A DNA stretch of 64,000 bases from positions 62,001-126,000 of IMG/VR virus record IMGVR_UViG_3300049217_000071; one strand, written 5' to 3'. Numbering within the stretch: position 1 is the first letter of the stretch; each line of letters opens with the position of its first letter. Shown here piece after piece: positions 9,008-18,528 of this stretch. A program made the translations under genes and the position numbers. The notes below the pieces were generated by a model. It had not been told where the DNA came from, did not search any database, and saw only the letters and a list, made by a program, of their open reading frames with translations.

Positions 9008-9369
9008 TGAAGCGAGAAGAGCTATTAGCTGAGATGAAGGGGTGCATTGGCACTCAAGAACCCGTTGTCTTCTTTGAGAAGATGGTGGACGTTTTTGATA
9101 TGCTGTTTGATCGTATTGATGAGTTAGATGCCGAAGTGCATCGAGTCAAACTGCAATCGGCGTTGGCCATTCAATGGGAGCCCAAGATGGCCTCCGCCAT
9201 GTTGGCTGGCCAAATCAATTTTCTTCGTCAAGACAAAGACACTTACTTCAATGAGATTACAGAATTGAAGAAGGCTTTTGTGGAAGATTCGATCACGCAA
9301 AACTACAACGACTTCTGTGAGTTTTGGACAAGAACTCTTGGTTGGCACCCTTTCTTGGAATACAAATGA
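9007..9369 (+). CDS. hypothetical protein
   Basis: TAATG coupling. Confidence 0.65.
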   Translation: MKREELLAEMKGCIGTQEPVVFFEKMVDVFDMLFDRIDELDAEVHRVKLQSALAIQWEPKMASAMLAGQINFLRQDKDTYFNEITELKKAFVEDSITQNYNDFCEFWTRTLGWHPFLEYK

Positions 9370-9644
9370 CACCTCTCGAAGCCTTAGAACGAGCTATGTT
9401 TTTTATTTCGGGAGTCTGTTCCCAAAAGACATTGAATGTGCCAGGCGCGGTAGTGAGTCGTCTTTCTAAAGAAGCACGAGAAGCTTTGTGTGAATTAAAG
9501 TCGTCTGATGTAGACGGTAAGACTGCGCCAGTGGAACATATCCGTTATTGGATAGCCCCTCATCAGTATGAGCCTATGTATCGAAAGCCCGAGTATGTCC
9601 AAGATCGTTTGGACTTTGACAAGAAGATCCTCAAAAATGCTTGA
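9366..9644 (+). CDS. hypothetical protein
   Basis: ATGA coupling. Confidence 0.55.
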   Translation: MTPLEALERAMFFISGVCSQKTLNVPGAVVSRLSKEAREALCELKSSDVDGKTAPVEHIRYWIAPHQYEPMYRKPEYVQDRLDFDKKILKNA

Positions 9645-9864
9645 TAAGGATTTAGACGGGTTAAGTGCAGAGGAGTTAAAAATCGAGGTCAAAAAGCTTC
9701 GTGCCGGCATCAGGCAGCACCGCGATGCCACTGGTCATAATCTTTGCTGGTTTGTTCCTGAACTTTGGGACCTATTGCCAGAGAAGATTACGCCTGTTCC
9801 CCAGGTGCCATCCGAGGAGGAGTTCTTGTATAACTGTCGTCTGTATCGTCAAACCCTGAAATAA
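9637..9864 (+). CDS. hypothetical protein
   Basis: LRAGIRQHRDATGHNLCW..PELW.LLPE. Confidence 0.65.
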   Translation: MLDKDLDGLSAEELKIEVKKLRAGIRQHRDATGHNLCWFVPELWDLLPEKITPVPQVPSEEEFLYNCRLYRQTLK

Positions 9865-9899
9865 GGCTCTGGTAATACCGCGTTATATACGGTAGGTAT

Positions 9900-9974
9900 T
9901 CAGGGTTCGACTAATGGTCGGTCGCAAGCCTCCGAAGCTTTGAAATATGGGTTCGAATCCCATACCCTGAACCA
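9900..9974 (+). tRNA. tRNA-Arg (CCG)
   Basis: TCAGGGT/ACCCTGA acceptor, aagc-ctCCGaa-gctt, CCA. Confidence 0.9.
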
Positions 9975-10153
9975 TGAAAACTTTAGAACACAACCTTTAT
10001 ATTGAAGTGCAAGACACTCCTGATGGTCAAAAGATCCTGGATGAGCTAGTGGTTTGGCTCTGTGGATTGAAACACGAATATCCTAAAGCATATCTCAATG
10101 GTTGGATCGGCCCAGTCAAAGAGACTAAGAAGAAGTCCAAAAAATCAAAATGA
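9974..10153 (+). CDS. hypothetical protein (59 aa, below the ORF-track cutoff)
   Basis: MKTLEQHLY...KKSK*; stop overlaps the stub ATG at 10150. Confidence 0.6.
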   Translation: MKTLEHNLYIEVQDTPDGQKILDELVVWLCGLKHEYPKAYLNGWIGPVKETKKKSKKSK

Positions 10154-10194
10154 AATCCTTGGGCAAGCTGGTTTACTCACCACGCACCCACCTC
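10150..10194 (+). pseudogene. orphaned N-terminal stub of the 10939 gene
   Basis: MKSLGKLVYSPRTHL vs MKSIGKLVYNPRSHL at 10939. Confidence 0.9.
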
Positions 10195-10891
10195 AAGACA
10201 GATTCTGCAATGCAGAAATCTGTCCAACCTTCGCAAGAAAATTCTCTTGGGAGAGTGTTCCCTTCATTTTATTGCACGTGAAACAGCAGGATACGCAGTT
10301 GTCCAACTCATATCCTCGATCGTTATCGATTCGATCAATGCCGTTTCTAACCTCCCTGCCGACTTGTGTTTTGGTATGCGGCAGATCACCGCAATAAAAG
10401 CATCGAGCCGTGCATAGTTGTTTGAACTCATCAACAGTCATATCGAAATGAAGACTAGATTTTCTGTGCAGATCTGCCCTTCTAACGATGACCCTGGCGA
10501 CATAGGATCTGTATTCTGTGGGCCATGGGTCTTTTGAAATGGACTTTACCTTGTTATAGCAGCCACAAGATACCGTAGGAGATTTACCAGGTCCACTCTG
10601 TACTCTCAAGTTGCTAATCAATACCGTAGTGGTATTGCCACATTCACACCGGCACAATACAGTTGGGCATCCGTTTTTCCAAGTCCCTACTCTCGCTAAC
10701 ACCGTAAGCTTTCCAAACGTCTGTCCAACATACCTGTAAGGTCTTTCTGATAGGTGTGCACTCTCGATCAATCGTCTGACTGCATGTTCCGAAAGCTTCA
10801 ATCGTTTGGAAATGCTTTTTCGGCTATGACCGGCCGCCCACAGTTTGAATATCTCGTCCGTTTGAACCTGGCTAAAAACGATCCTTTTCAT
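10193..10891 (-). mobile_element. free-standing HNH endonuclease gene
   Basis: HTH, G.TFGKLTV, CRCECG, SCGC, CFYCG, NGIDRIDN..GY...NCVSCC..CN..K; GAGGTG RBS before ATG 10891. Confidence 0.9.
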
Positions 10892-10938
10892 CTTGCACCT
10901 CTCACCCATTATGCCCATATATAGCGAACAGATGCCAA

Positions 10939-11343
10939 ATGAAATCCATAGGGAAGCTAGTGTACAATCCTCGTAGTCATCTAGGATCGAGTGAAAAGTG
11001 GGCCATTTTGGCATGTGATGATGAGATTTCCAAATACTACAGGCATCTCTTCACCAAGGACTACCCGTATTTGAACGGAGAGCGAGTGGGCAAGCTGACC
11101 CGTCCGGTGTGGGGAACTCACATTTCTATCATTCGAGGGGAATATATTCCGAACTTCAAGCTATGGGGTCTGGACGCCAACAAGGTGATCGAGTTCACTT
11201 ACGAAGGTGGCGTTATAGACAACGGTGAATACTACTGGTTGAAAGTCAACTGTCCTTATATTGGAGATTTGCGCGAGAAGTATGGGTTGAAGAGGGAGCC
11301 GAAATTTGGTTTCCATTTGACTATCGGGAGAACCACAGAATGA
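10939..11343 (+). CDS. putative 2H phosphoesterase
   Basis: two Hx[ST] motifs: THISII and FHLTIG. Confidence 0.65.
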   Translation: MKSIGKLVYNPRSHLGSSEKWAILACDDEISKYYRHLFTKDYPYLNGERVGKLTRPVWGTHISIIRGEYIPNFKLWGLDANKVIEFTYEGGVIDNGEYYWLKVNCPYIGDLREKYGLKREPKFGFHLTIGRTTE

Positions 11344-11443
11344 ATAAGAACGAAATCAAGAAGATGGAAATCAAGAACGCAGAAATTGTCGCTTTGGTTC
11401 TTCTATTCGGCATCCTGATTTGGCTGATTTTCAGGAGATAATT

Positions 11444-11770
11444 ATGAGCCAAGTAACATCTACCTTCTATATGATGTGTTGGGGTTGCAATAGAACTTTG
11501 CCACGTCCCTATCTTGGTGAAGAAGATTATGCTCGTCAAATGCAAGAGCTAATGACAATGGGTTGGCAGCGAAGGGTTTTTGGACCAGGCGCTGATCCTT
11601 GGTTCTGTAGTGATGACTGCGCCCACAACTCAGCCAATGCCAAACGAGCGGAAGCTTGGTGGGCCAATAAAAAGAACAAAGAAGAAGTCTCCCTTTACCT
11701 AACCATTGCGGGAAGCGGAATGCTTCTCCTCGTTGGTTTGGCAGCTTTACTGGTGGCGGTGTTTCGATGA
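11444..11770 (+). CDS. Zn-finger protein with C-terminal TM helix
   Basis: CWGC...FCSDDC; hydrophobic C-terminus. Confidence 0.6.
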   Translation: MSQVTSTFYMMCWGCNRTLPRPYLGEEDYARQMQELMTMGWQRRVFGPGADPWFCSDDCAHNSANAKRAEAWWANKKNKEEVSLYLTIAGSGMLLLVGLAALLVAVFR

Positions 11771-12432
11771 TTCATCACAATGAGTTCTATCTCAGCCTAA
11801 TTAGGCACGGTCAGTCGGCCGTCAATATCCAACCGGATATGATGGGCCAAGCACCAGATACTCCCTTGACTGATAAGGGTATTTCTCAAGCAGCACTGCT
11901 GGGACAGCGTCTCAAGGGAGAGGATAAGAAGTTCGACTACGTCTTTACCTCTGACTATATTAGGGCCTACAACACCGCTAAGATTGCGATGGGAGAAGAT
12001 TATCCAATGATAGTCAGCTCCGCTCTCCGAGAATATAGTGCAGGCGATTGGGATGGGGCCTCCCGTAAAGAGATTCAGACAGAACGTCTGAAGCTAAGAA
12101 TGGCCGCTATGACCAATGCCTTCTGTCCGCCTAATGGCGAATCATTGCATATGGTGGAGCGCCGAGCCTCCCAATGGTTGGAGGATACCGTCCTCTACAA
12201 CGAAGGATTTATCAACGAAACGGCCGCTCGTCATGAGCTTGGCCTCAAGCCGATGGAGATAGCAGTTTTCTCCCACGGTATGACTATCAAGTGTCTACTA
12301 CATTACATTATGGGGTTTGATCAGAGCTTTACTTGGAAGCTCACCCTGGAAAACACATCTATCTCAAAACTACATTTTGGAATGGAAGGATGGCGATTGC
12401 TTACGATCAATGATCACGCACATTTACTATGA
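11767..12432 (+). CDS. histidine phosphatase family protein
   Basis: LIRHGQS, LRE..AG.W, P..GES, FSHG, N.SIS, ND.AHL. Confidence 0.93.
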   Translation: MIHHNEFYLSLIRHGQSAVNIQPDMMGQAPDTPLTDKGISQAALLGQRLKGEDKKFDYVFTSDYIRAYNTAKIAMGEDYPMIVSSALREYSAGDWDGASRKEIQTERLKLRMAAMTNAFCPPNGESLHMVERRASQWLEDTVLYNEGFINETAARHELGLKPMEIAVFSHGMTIKCLLHYIMGFDQSFTWKLTLENTSISKLHFGMEGWRLLTINDHAHLL

Positions 12433-12962
12433 ATGAGGTCTCCATGGGAGTCCAAGAACGAAAACGACAAAAACGAATACGAGACTATGTTATTGACCGA
12501 GATGGAATGTTGTGCTGCTACTGCGACAAGGTGTTAGAGCCAGAGACTGTCACGATGGAACATATTGTTCCAGACAGTCGAAGAGGAACTTTCAATACGA
12601 CGAACCTGACCGTCTCCTGTGCAGAATGCAACAACAGACGAGGCAACAAGCCCTTCTTTGATTACTGTAAGAAGTTCAACTTCCCGGAAGATAAACTGAA
12701 TAAGTATAAGCAACTATACTTCAACAACTTACGAATCAAGGTATTGAATATCTCCAAAGAGGAATGTCTCAAAGATGATGAGGATATTCCGGCTGCGCTT
12801 ATCAAACGAGCTTGTCAGATTCTCAAGATCAAAAGCATGGACTTTGATGATTACGAGAAGGCTTATCCCTTTGAGATAAAATTCAGTGAGCCTTGCGACC
12901 GCAGAAAGATCAAGTTTTGTTTCGAGCAATTGATCAGGATTATCGAAGAAGACAGCAAGTGA
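12429..12962 (+). CDS. HNH nuclease
   Basis: RDG..CCYC, TMEHIVP.S..G, NL..SC..CN..RG. Confidence 0.9.
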   Translation: MNEVSMGVQERKRQKRIRDYVIDRDGMLCCYCDKVLEPETVTMEHIVPDSRRGTFNTTNLTVSCAECNNRRGNKPFFDYCKKFNFPEDKLNKYKQLYFNNLRIKVLNISKEECLKDDEDIPAALIKRACQILKIKSMDFDDYEKAYPFEIKFSEPCDRRKIKFCFEQLIRIIEEDSK

Positions 12963-12991
12963 GGCGATATATTTGGCATAGGAGATAAACT

Positions 12992-13282
12992 ATGCTAAAG
13001 CCACTCAGAGATTTCATCGTTGTATCGGTTGCCAAGAAGACGGAAGAGAAGACCCCCAGCGGATTACTGCATCTTCCCGGCAACATTGAAGAGAAGGTCG
13101 TCACTGGCCAAGTTGTTGCTGTAGGTTCCGGCTACTTGACAGACAGCGGAACCGTGGTTCCCTTGGAAGTCAAAGCCGGCGACAGTATCTTGTTCAACAA
13201 GCAGATGTCGGTAGAAGTCAAGCACGCAGGGGAAACAATGTTCCTTCTTCGTGAAGAGCACATTCTCAGCGTCATCAGCTAA
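12992..13282 (+). CDS. groES: co-chaperonin GroES
   Basis: LKPL.D, T.SGL.LP, G.VVAVG.G, PL.VK.GD, LRE..IL. Confidence 0.95.
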   Translation: MLKPLRDFIVVSVAKKTEEKTPSGLLHLPGNIEEKVVTGQVVAVGSGYLTDSGTVVPLEVKAGDSILFNKQMSVEVKHAGETMFLLREEHILSVIS

Positions 13283-13341
13283 TCAAATCATTTTCCAACT
13301 TTTGCCAAAGCCATTCTTGTTAGGATGGCTTTTGTGTTCCT

Positions 13342-13965
13342 ATGAAGACCAAACACAACTACGTTGAATGCCATAATTGCAAGTGGAGACTTGAGCACCA
13401 GCCAGATTTTGACTGGGCCAAAAATCCTTGCCGTAGATGTAATAACGTTCGAGAGATCATTGATCCCAAAGAAGTTCTCTGCAATATGTGTGGAGAGGGG
13501 ATGTGCCACAACATAGAAGTTCCATCTGGACTCTGTAGCACTGACGATCCGCACGGCCTGTATGACGCTAAAGTTCAGGGCGGATATGATTCGTATCACT
13601 TGTTGGATATGAATGAATACACTTTCAGCTTCTGTGAGAAATGTTTGAGGCAATTGTTCATTCAGTGCAAGATCAAACCAGATGTAGTCTATATTGCTGG
13701 CGGTCATGACGAATATGGTTGGAAGCAAGATCAAGAAGGTTATGAATATCGTGTCTGGTGTGATGCGGGCTACCATCATCAAGCCTATCTCGATCGCAAG
13801 TGTAATATCGTCAAGGACTGTCCCAACCGAGCGGAGTATACGCGATTGTGCAACGATCACTTCGATGAAGACTGCTGTTGTGAAGAGCACAAACCAGATT
13901 ATAGTGGGCGTGGTAGCTATTCACTCACCAAGTTTATCCCCAACGTATTGAAACCCTTCCTGTGA
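13342..13965 (+). CDS. Cys-rich hypothetical protein
   Basis: multiple CxxC. Confidence 0.7.
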   Translation: MKTKHNYVECHNCKWRLEHQPDFDWAKNPCRRCNNVREIIDPKEVLCNMCGEGMCHNIEVPSGLCSTDDPHGLYDAKVQGGYDSYHLLDMNEYTFSFCEKCLRQLFIQCKIKPDVVYIAGGHDEYGWKQDQEGYEYRVWCDAGYHHQAYLDRKCNIVKDCPNRAEYTRLCNDHFDEDCCCEEHKPDYSGRGSYSLTKFIPNVLKPFL

Positions 13966-13971
13966 TTTTCT

Positions 13972-14283
13972 ATGGAACAGCCTGAGATATGTCCGCGTTG
14001 CCATTTAGAATGGAGCTTTCAAGATAGGTGGACTATCTGCCTCCCGTGTAATGTTGTTCTTTTCAAACACATAAAAGAAGTGTGTTGGTATAGTCCGTTG
14101 AATTCCGATTATGTTATCATGTCCAACATAGAAAACACCGCGGGCCACCCATTTTTAGCTTGGCATTACTCCCACAATATTTGTTCCTATGGATTAGATG
14201 GTGGGGGCGATCCTATTACTTTGCCCTGGCTTCCCTTCGACATAACGTCAGATCGTTTGAAACTTTTGCTACTGTTCTCGTAA
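13972..14283 (+). CDS. CxxC protein with C-terminal RLKLLLLFS
   Basis: see finding on shared C-terminus. Confidence 0.65.
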   Translation: MEQPEICPRCHLEWSFQDRWTICLPCNVVLFKHIKEVCWYSPLNSDYVIMSNIENTAGHPFLAWHYSHNICSYGLDGGGDPITLPWLPFDITSDRLKLLLLFS

Positions 14284-14287
14284 ACCT

Positions 14288-14359
14288 ATGAAACACTATC
14301 CTACTATCACCAAAGAGATTAGGCACGACCTATCAATACTTCCCTATAGTAGTATCTAA
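14288..14359 (+). pseudogene. orphaned N-terminal stub of the RNA-ligase-like gene
   Basis: MKHYPTITKEIRHDLSI vs MKLYPSIPRMQRNDIPSI at 15409. Confidence 0.75.
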
Positions 14360-14378
14360 CCAACATGGGGGTGTAGTC

Positions 14379-15449
14379 ATGGGCAAAATAGTGGGAAAGT
14401 GTATCGAATGTGGCAGAGAAAACAGACTAACACGAGGGTACTGTTCAACCTCTTGTTATTCGAGGTTGTTGCGATCTGGAAAACTGGATAGACTTCCTAT
14501 CATCCCACTTCCAAACGTTATGACTGGTCGTCAATCCGAAATGCTTACTGGACTAATGTTGGGAGATGGATGTCTATTCAAGTTCTCCGACAATGCTTTT
14601 CCGGTTCTATCGGTTGTCCGACAAAGAGGAGATGTAGGCTATTTGGATGATCGGTATCAAGAGTTCAAGTCGTTTTGTTTGAGTGGCATTCGTTTATATG
14701 AGGTCTTTGATGATCGAACGAACAAGACATATGAGGGGTGTAAGTTTACCACCAGAGGTTGCTCCGTTTTCACCCCCTTTTACGATGCGTGGTACGGTGG
14801 TGGAACAAAAACAGTACCAAGAGAGGTACGACTCTCGCCATTTGTGTGCTCTATATGGTTCTGTGATGATGGATGCGTTTTTGCAGACGATAGAAAGCGT
14901 CTCCATTTGAAACTGGCTACTCACGGTTTTCCGAATGAAGATACGGTATGGTTAGCTAAACGGCTGTCATCAAAGTTAGGAGAGCATTTCTATGTTGGAC
15001 ACGATCAGGGCCATGCATTCATTATGGCATCTGATGCGGCCACCAAGTCTTTCATTGGGTACATACAGGACATCATTCCATCCAGTATGGCTCGAAAGAT
15101 TACGTGGACAGACGAGCATTTTTTGATGGCCCGCTCTCGCCCACAGCTCAAAAACAGGCGCGTAGAGGATCTAAACGACAAGGAGTTTTCGTTGATGTCG
15201 TTTTTGTCCAGGTGCAAGTTGCCCCAATCATCCCTTGAGATGTGTACCAAAGTAGGTTGGATGGGCAAAACCGGTAGGACGCCATCAGCCTACAATAGGT
15301 ACCTGAAAAGGTTCTTGAGTGCGGGATGGATGAAGCCGACCAAGCTGGTCATACATGGTAAGAGCAACACCAAATACATGATCACTAACAAGGGAAGAGG
15401 AGTCTTACGTGAAGCTGTATCCTTCAATACCAAGAATGCAAAGGAATGA
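14379..15449 (+). mobile_element. free-standing double-motif LAGLIDADG endonuclease gene
   Basis: LTGLMLGDGC and SIWFCDDGC; C-terminal winged-helix-like tail. Confidence 0.9.
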
Positions 15450-16026
15450 TATTCCAAGCATCTACTTGTACTTGTTTGCGAAGGTCGACGGATCTAATAT
15501 CCGTGCGGAATGGAATAACAAACGAGGCTTCTACAAGTTTGGCACCCGCAATCAATTGACGGATGAGAAGACGATGCCTTTTGGCCGCTCTATCCCTTTG
15601 CTGCGAGATAAGTATGAAGCTGACCTGGCCAAGGTGTTCAAGGAGCAGGGTTGGAAGGACGCTATCTGTTTCTTCGAGTATTGGGGTGCCGAGTCTTTTG
15701 CCGGCAACCATAACTTTGAGGCCACGATGGATATTACCCTGATTGATGTCAACCCTTATAAAAAAGGAATACTGGTGCCGGTCGATTTCATCGAACTCTT
15801 CGGGCACCTTGATATACCAAGAGTTTGCTACCAAGGCCACGTCTCGACCGAGCTGTTTGACGGAGTCAAGCAATCCACTTTTCCTGGAATGACTTTCGAG
15901 GGTGTGGTGTGTAAGGGTGAGGAAGATGGTCGCATTGTGATGTTCAAGATCAAATCGCAGGCTTGGTTGGATAAATTGAGAACCTTTTGTAAAGGTGATG
16001 AAGGTTTGTTTGAGAGACTATCGTAA
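15409..16026 (+). CDS. RNA-ligase-like nucleotidyltransferase
   Basis: KVDGSN (motif I), FFEYWG, LIDV, FEGVVCK, FKIK. Confidence 0.75.
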   Translation: MKLYPSIPRMQRNDIPSIYLYLFAKVDGSNIRAEWNNKRGFYKFGTRNQLTDEKTMPFGRSIPLLRDKYEADLAKVFKEQGWKDAICFFEYWGAESFAGNHNFEATMDITLIDVNPYKKGILVPVDFIELFGHLDIPRVCYQGHVSTELFDGVKQSTFPGMTFEGVVCKGEEDGRIVMFKIKSQAWLDKLRTFCKGDEGLFERLS

Positions 16027-16034
16027 GGAATAAG

Positions 16035-17231
16035 ATGAGTAAACATAGCCCGGAAACTTGGAACGACTCCCATTTGTGGGACAGAATGACGCTCGCTCCT
16101 TCTATGGACAGCAAGAGTGAGATTAGCGCCAATTCAATCGGTATTATGCCGCTGATGAAGAAAATGTTGGAGTCTAAGGTAGGCCACCTAACTGAGTTTT
16201 ACGCAGAGGGCCATGTCAAAAAAGAAGAGCTTCAGCTGCCACAAGACAAAGAATTGCTGGCCAAACAAGACCACGGTAAGAAGTATTTGGACTGGCTTCA
16301 TGAATTGGGTGGCCGCTTGATCTACAAACACATCAGTGATGGTCAAGGCAGTACAGTCGCCATCTTTCTGTGGCAAGATTCCATAGTAGAATTCAATGTT
16401 GCTGGCACTTGGATGAGCTTCAGCGGCTTTTCTCATCAAGAAAGCTTTGTTCGAGGGATGTTGAAATCCCTCGAATCGCAATGGAAACCAACCACTGTAG
16501 CGGGTACTGTCTATGCCATCATGAGCCAGAACAGCCGTCTGAGTATGGGTTCCATAGGAAATGCCGGCATCCCGGTAGTAGAGGGCAACTACCATCCTGA
16601 GGTGATGAAAGGCTATAAATTCATTGTCAAAGACCTACAATCCTCGGCACCCTCCGGTCGCATTGTGGTAATGAAGGGTAAGCCGGGCACTGGCAAGACC
16701 CATTTGATCCGAGCTATGACTTTGGAAGTGCCAGACGCTATGTTCGTCTTGGTGTCTCCTGAGATGGTTCCCAGCCTGAGTGGTCCAGAACTATTGCCTC
16801 TCTTGTTGCAATATAAGAGTGGCGAAGGTCCTATCGTTTTGCTCTTGGAAGATGCTGACAAGTGTTTGGTAGCCAGAGACACAGACAACATCAATTCTAT
16901 CCAAGCTCTGCTGAACTTGAGCGATGGTATCTTGGGTTCCCTTTTGGACTTGCGTATTGTGGCCACTACTAATGCCGATGAGTTGGAGATGGAGCCGGCT
17001 ATGATGCGTCCAGGTCGTTTGAGTAAGATGCTAGATGTGGGGCCACTAGATGCTGAAACGGCTTGGAATATTTTCAAGCGATTGCTGCCAGATAATGATC
17101 CACCAGGTGAGTTGGCTCAAGAAGTCGCAATAACTTTGGCGGAAGTATACGCTTTGGCTCGCAAATATGGTTGGGAGCCCGAGGTTAGAAAAGTTGAAGA
17201 GAAAACCCCTGATCCGAACGAAGACTATTGA
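16035..17231 (+). CDS. AAA+ ATPase
   Basis: GKPGTGKT, LLLEDAD, LLN.SDG, TTN, RPGR. Confidence 0.92.
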   Translation: MSKHSPETWNDSHLWDRMTLAPSMDSKSEISANSIGIMPLMKKMLESKVGHLTEFYAEGHVKKEELQLPQDKELLAKQDHGKKYLDWLHELGGRLIYKHISDGQGSTVAIFLWQDSIVEFNVAGTWMSFSGFSHQESFVRGMLKSLESQWKPTTVAGTVYAIMSQNSRLSMGSIGNAGIPVVEGNYHPEVMKGYKFIVKDLQSSAPSGRIVVMKGKPGTGKTHLIRAMTLEVPDAMFVLVSPEMVPSLSGPELLPLLLQYKSGEGPIVLLLEDADKCLVARDTDNINSIQALLNLSDGILGSLLDLRIVATTNADELEMEPAMMRPGRLSKMLDVGPLDAETAWNIFKRLLPDNDPPGELAQEVAITLAEVYALARKYGWEPEVRKVEEKTPDPNEDY

Positions 17232-17286
17232 TCAGATTTGGGCATAAAATGGCCTTGATGTAGGACATCGTCCACAAGGAGATTTT

Positions 17287-17529
17287 ATGCAACAAGGCGA
17301 ACTTATCATAACGGGGAAGAGCAGAATTAGCATTCCGCTACACGGTTTCCCTAGCGAAGTCCGTGCCCACTTCAAGGATGAATTGGAATTGAACCCTTGC
17401 AACCCTCATCATTTTGATGAGTTAGAATACGAAGTTCAGGTCAGTAATACTGTTAGAGGTGGATTCATCTTGCTTATTACTTGGAACGTTTCGAGTGTCC
17501 GCGAAATCAAGTGGCACGTAGCTTACTGA
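17287..17529 (+). CDS. hypothetical protein
   Basis: AAGGAG RBS. Confidence 0.65.
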   Translation: MQQGELIITGKSRISIPLHGFPSEVRAHFKDELELNPCNPHHFDELEYEVQVSNTVRGGFILLITWNVSSVREIKWHVAY

Positions 17530-17538
17530 GAAAACACA

Positions 17539-18516
17539 ATGAAAGTTCTCGTCTATGGTTGGTATTACAAGGGTAATATCGGGGATAACTTGTTTGTTCA
17601 CGCTTTCAAACGACTGTTTCCTAATCTTCAGTTAGTTTTTACTGATACCATTAGCGAGAAGAGATTAGAGGATGTAGGTGCCGTTTTCTTCGGAGGCGGC
17701 TCTTTTCTTTTGGATCCTCCCTCTATCACGGGGCCTTTTGATAAGACGTGGGGCCTATTGAAGGCCAAGAAAATATTCTATCTGGGCGTAGGAGTGGAAT
17801 TAGAAATCCATCCTTTGCATCAAGAGCTGATGGCTCAAGCCGGTCTCATTGCCATCCGCTCTGCTGATCAAGTGGAACGTGTCAAGGCTATCAACCCGAA
17901 CACACGTTTCGTGCCGGATTTAGTATACGCTTTACAGGCAGATGTCAAGTCTGCTTATCGTAAAGAAGAGAAGTCTATCTTTGTGATGCCGAATATCACT
18001 GTAGTTCCGCAAGCTACCGATCCTTATTGGAAACATGCGGCCTGGTCTTATTTCAAGTCGGAGTTCGCTCAGTTCTTGGACTGGACAGTAGAGGAGGGCT
18101 ACAAACCACAGCTTTTCTCTATGTGTCGTAATCGAGATATGAGCGATGAGTGGGCAGCCACCGAAATCCTCAGTCATATGAAGAATCGCAATAGTGGGTT
18201 CATTCAGGAAGATCGTCCCCTGGAAATAGGTTTTATGTCCGAGGTGATGTCTAAACACGATTTGGTTATCACGCAGAGGTTTCACGGAATTGTTTTGGCC
18301 GAGATGACCAGGCTCCCGTATATTGCTATTCACCATCACGATAAGCTAAAGTTTTCTTCTCCTAATGATGGTGCTTTTCTTTCCTATTATAATTGTTCCA
18401 AACGACTGTTGATGGATACATTTGTGAGTGCTTTACAGATGAATTATCCTACTCTCCTACCAATAGAATCAAATATCTTTGAGACGCTCACTTCAGATGT
18501 GATGAGCCTCCTATGA
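17539..18516 (+). CDS. polysaccharide pyruvyl transferase family
   Basis: GWY..GNIGD, GGGS, PDLVY, RFHG. Confidence 0.88.
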   Translation: MKVLVYGWYYKGNIGDNLFVHAFKRLFPNLQLVFTDTISEKRLEDVGAVFFGGGSFLLDPPSITGPFDKTWGLLKAKKIFYLGVGVELEIHPLHQELMAQAGLIAIRSADQVERVKAINPNTRFVPDLVYALQADVKSAYRKEEKSIFVMPNITVVPQATDPYWKHAAWSYFKSEFAQFLDWTVEEGYKPQLFSMCRNRDMSDEWAATEILSHMKNRNSGFIQEDRPLEIGFMSEVMSKHDLVITQRFHGIVLAEMTRLPYIAIHHHDKLKFSSPNDGAFLSYYNCSKRLLMDTFVSALQMNYPTLLPIESNIFETLTSDVMSLL

Positions 18517-18528
18517 TATGGGTGATGG

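Noticed and set aside
12429-12962. HNH as a mobile element
   Set aside because: No separate DNA-binding module, own promoter or scar; looks like a resident gene.
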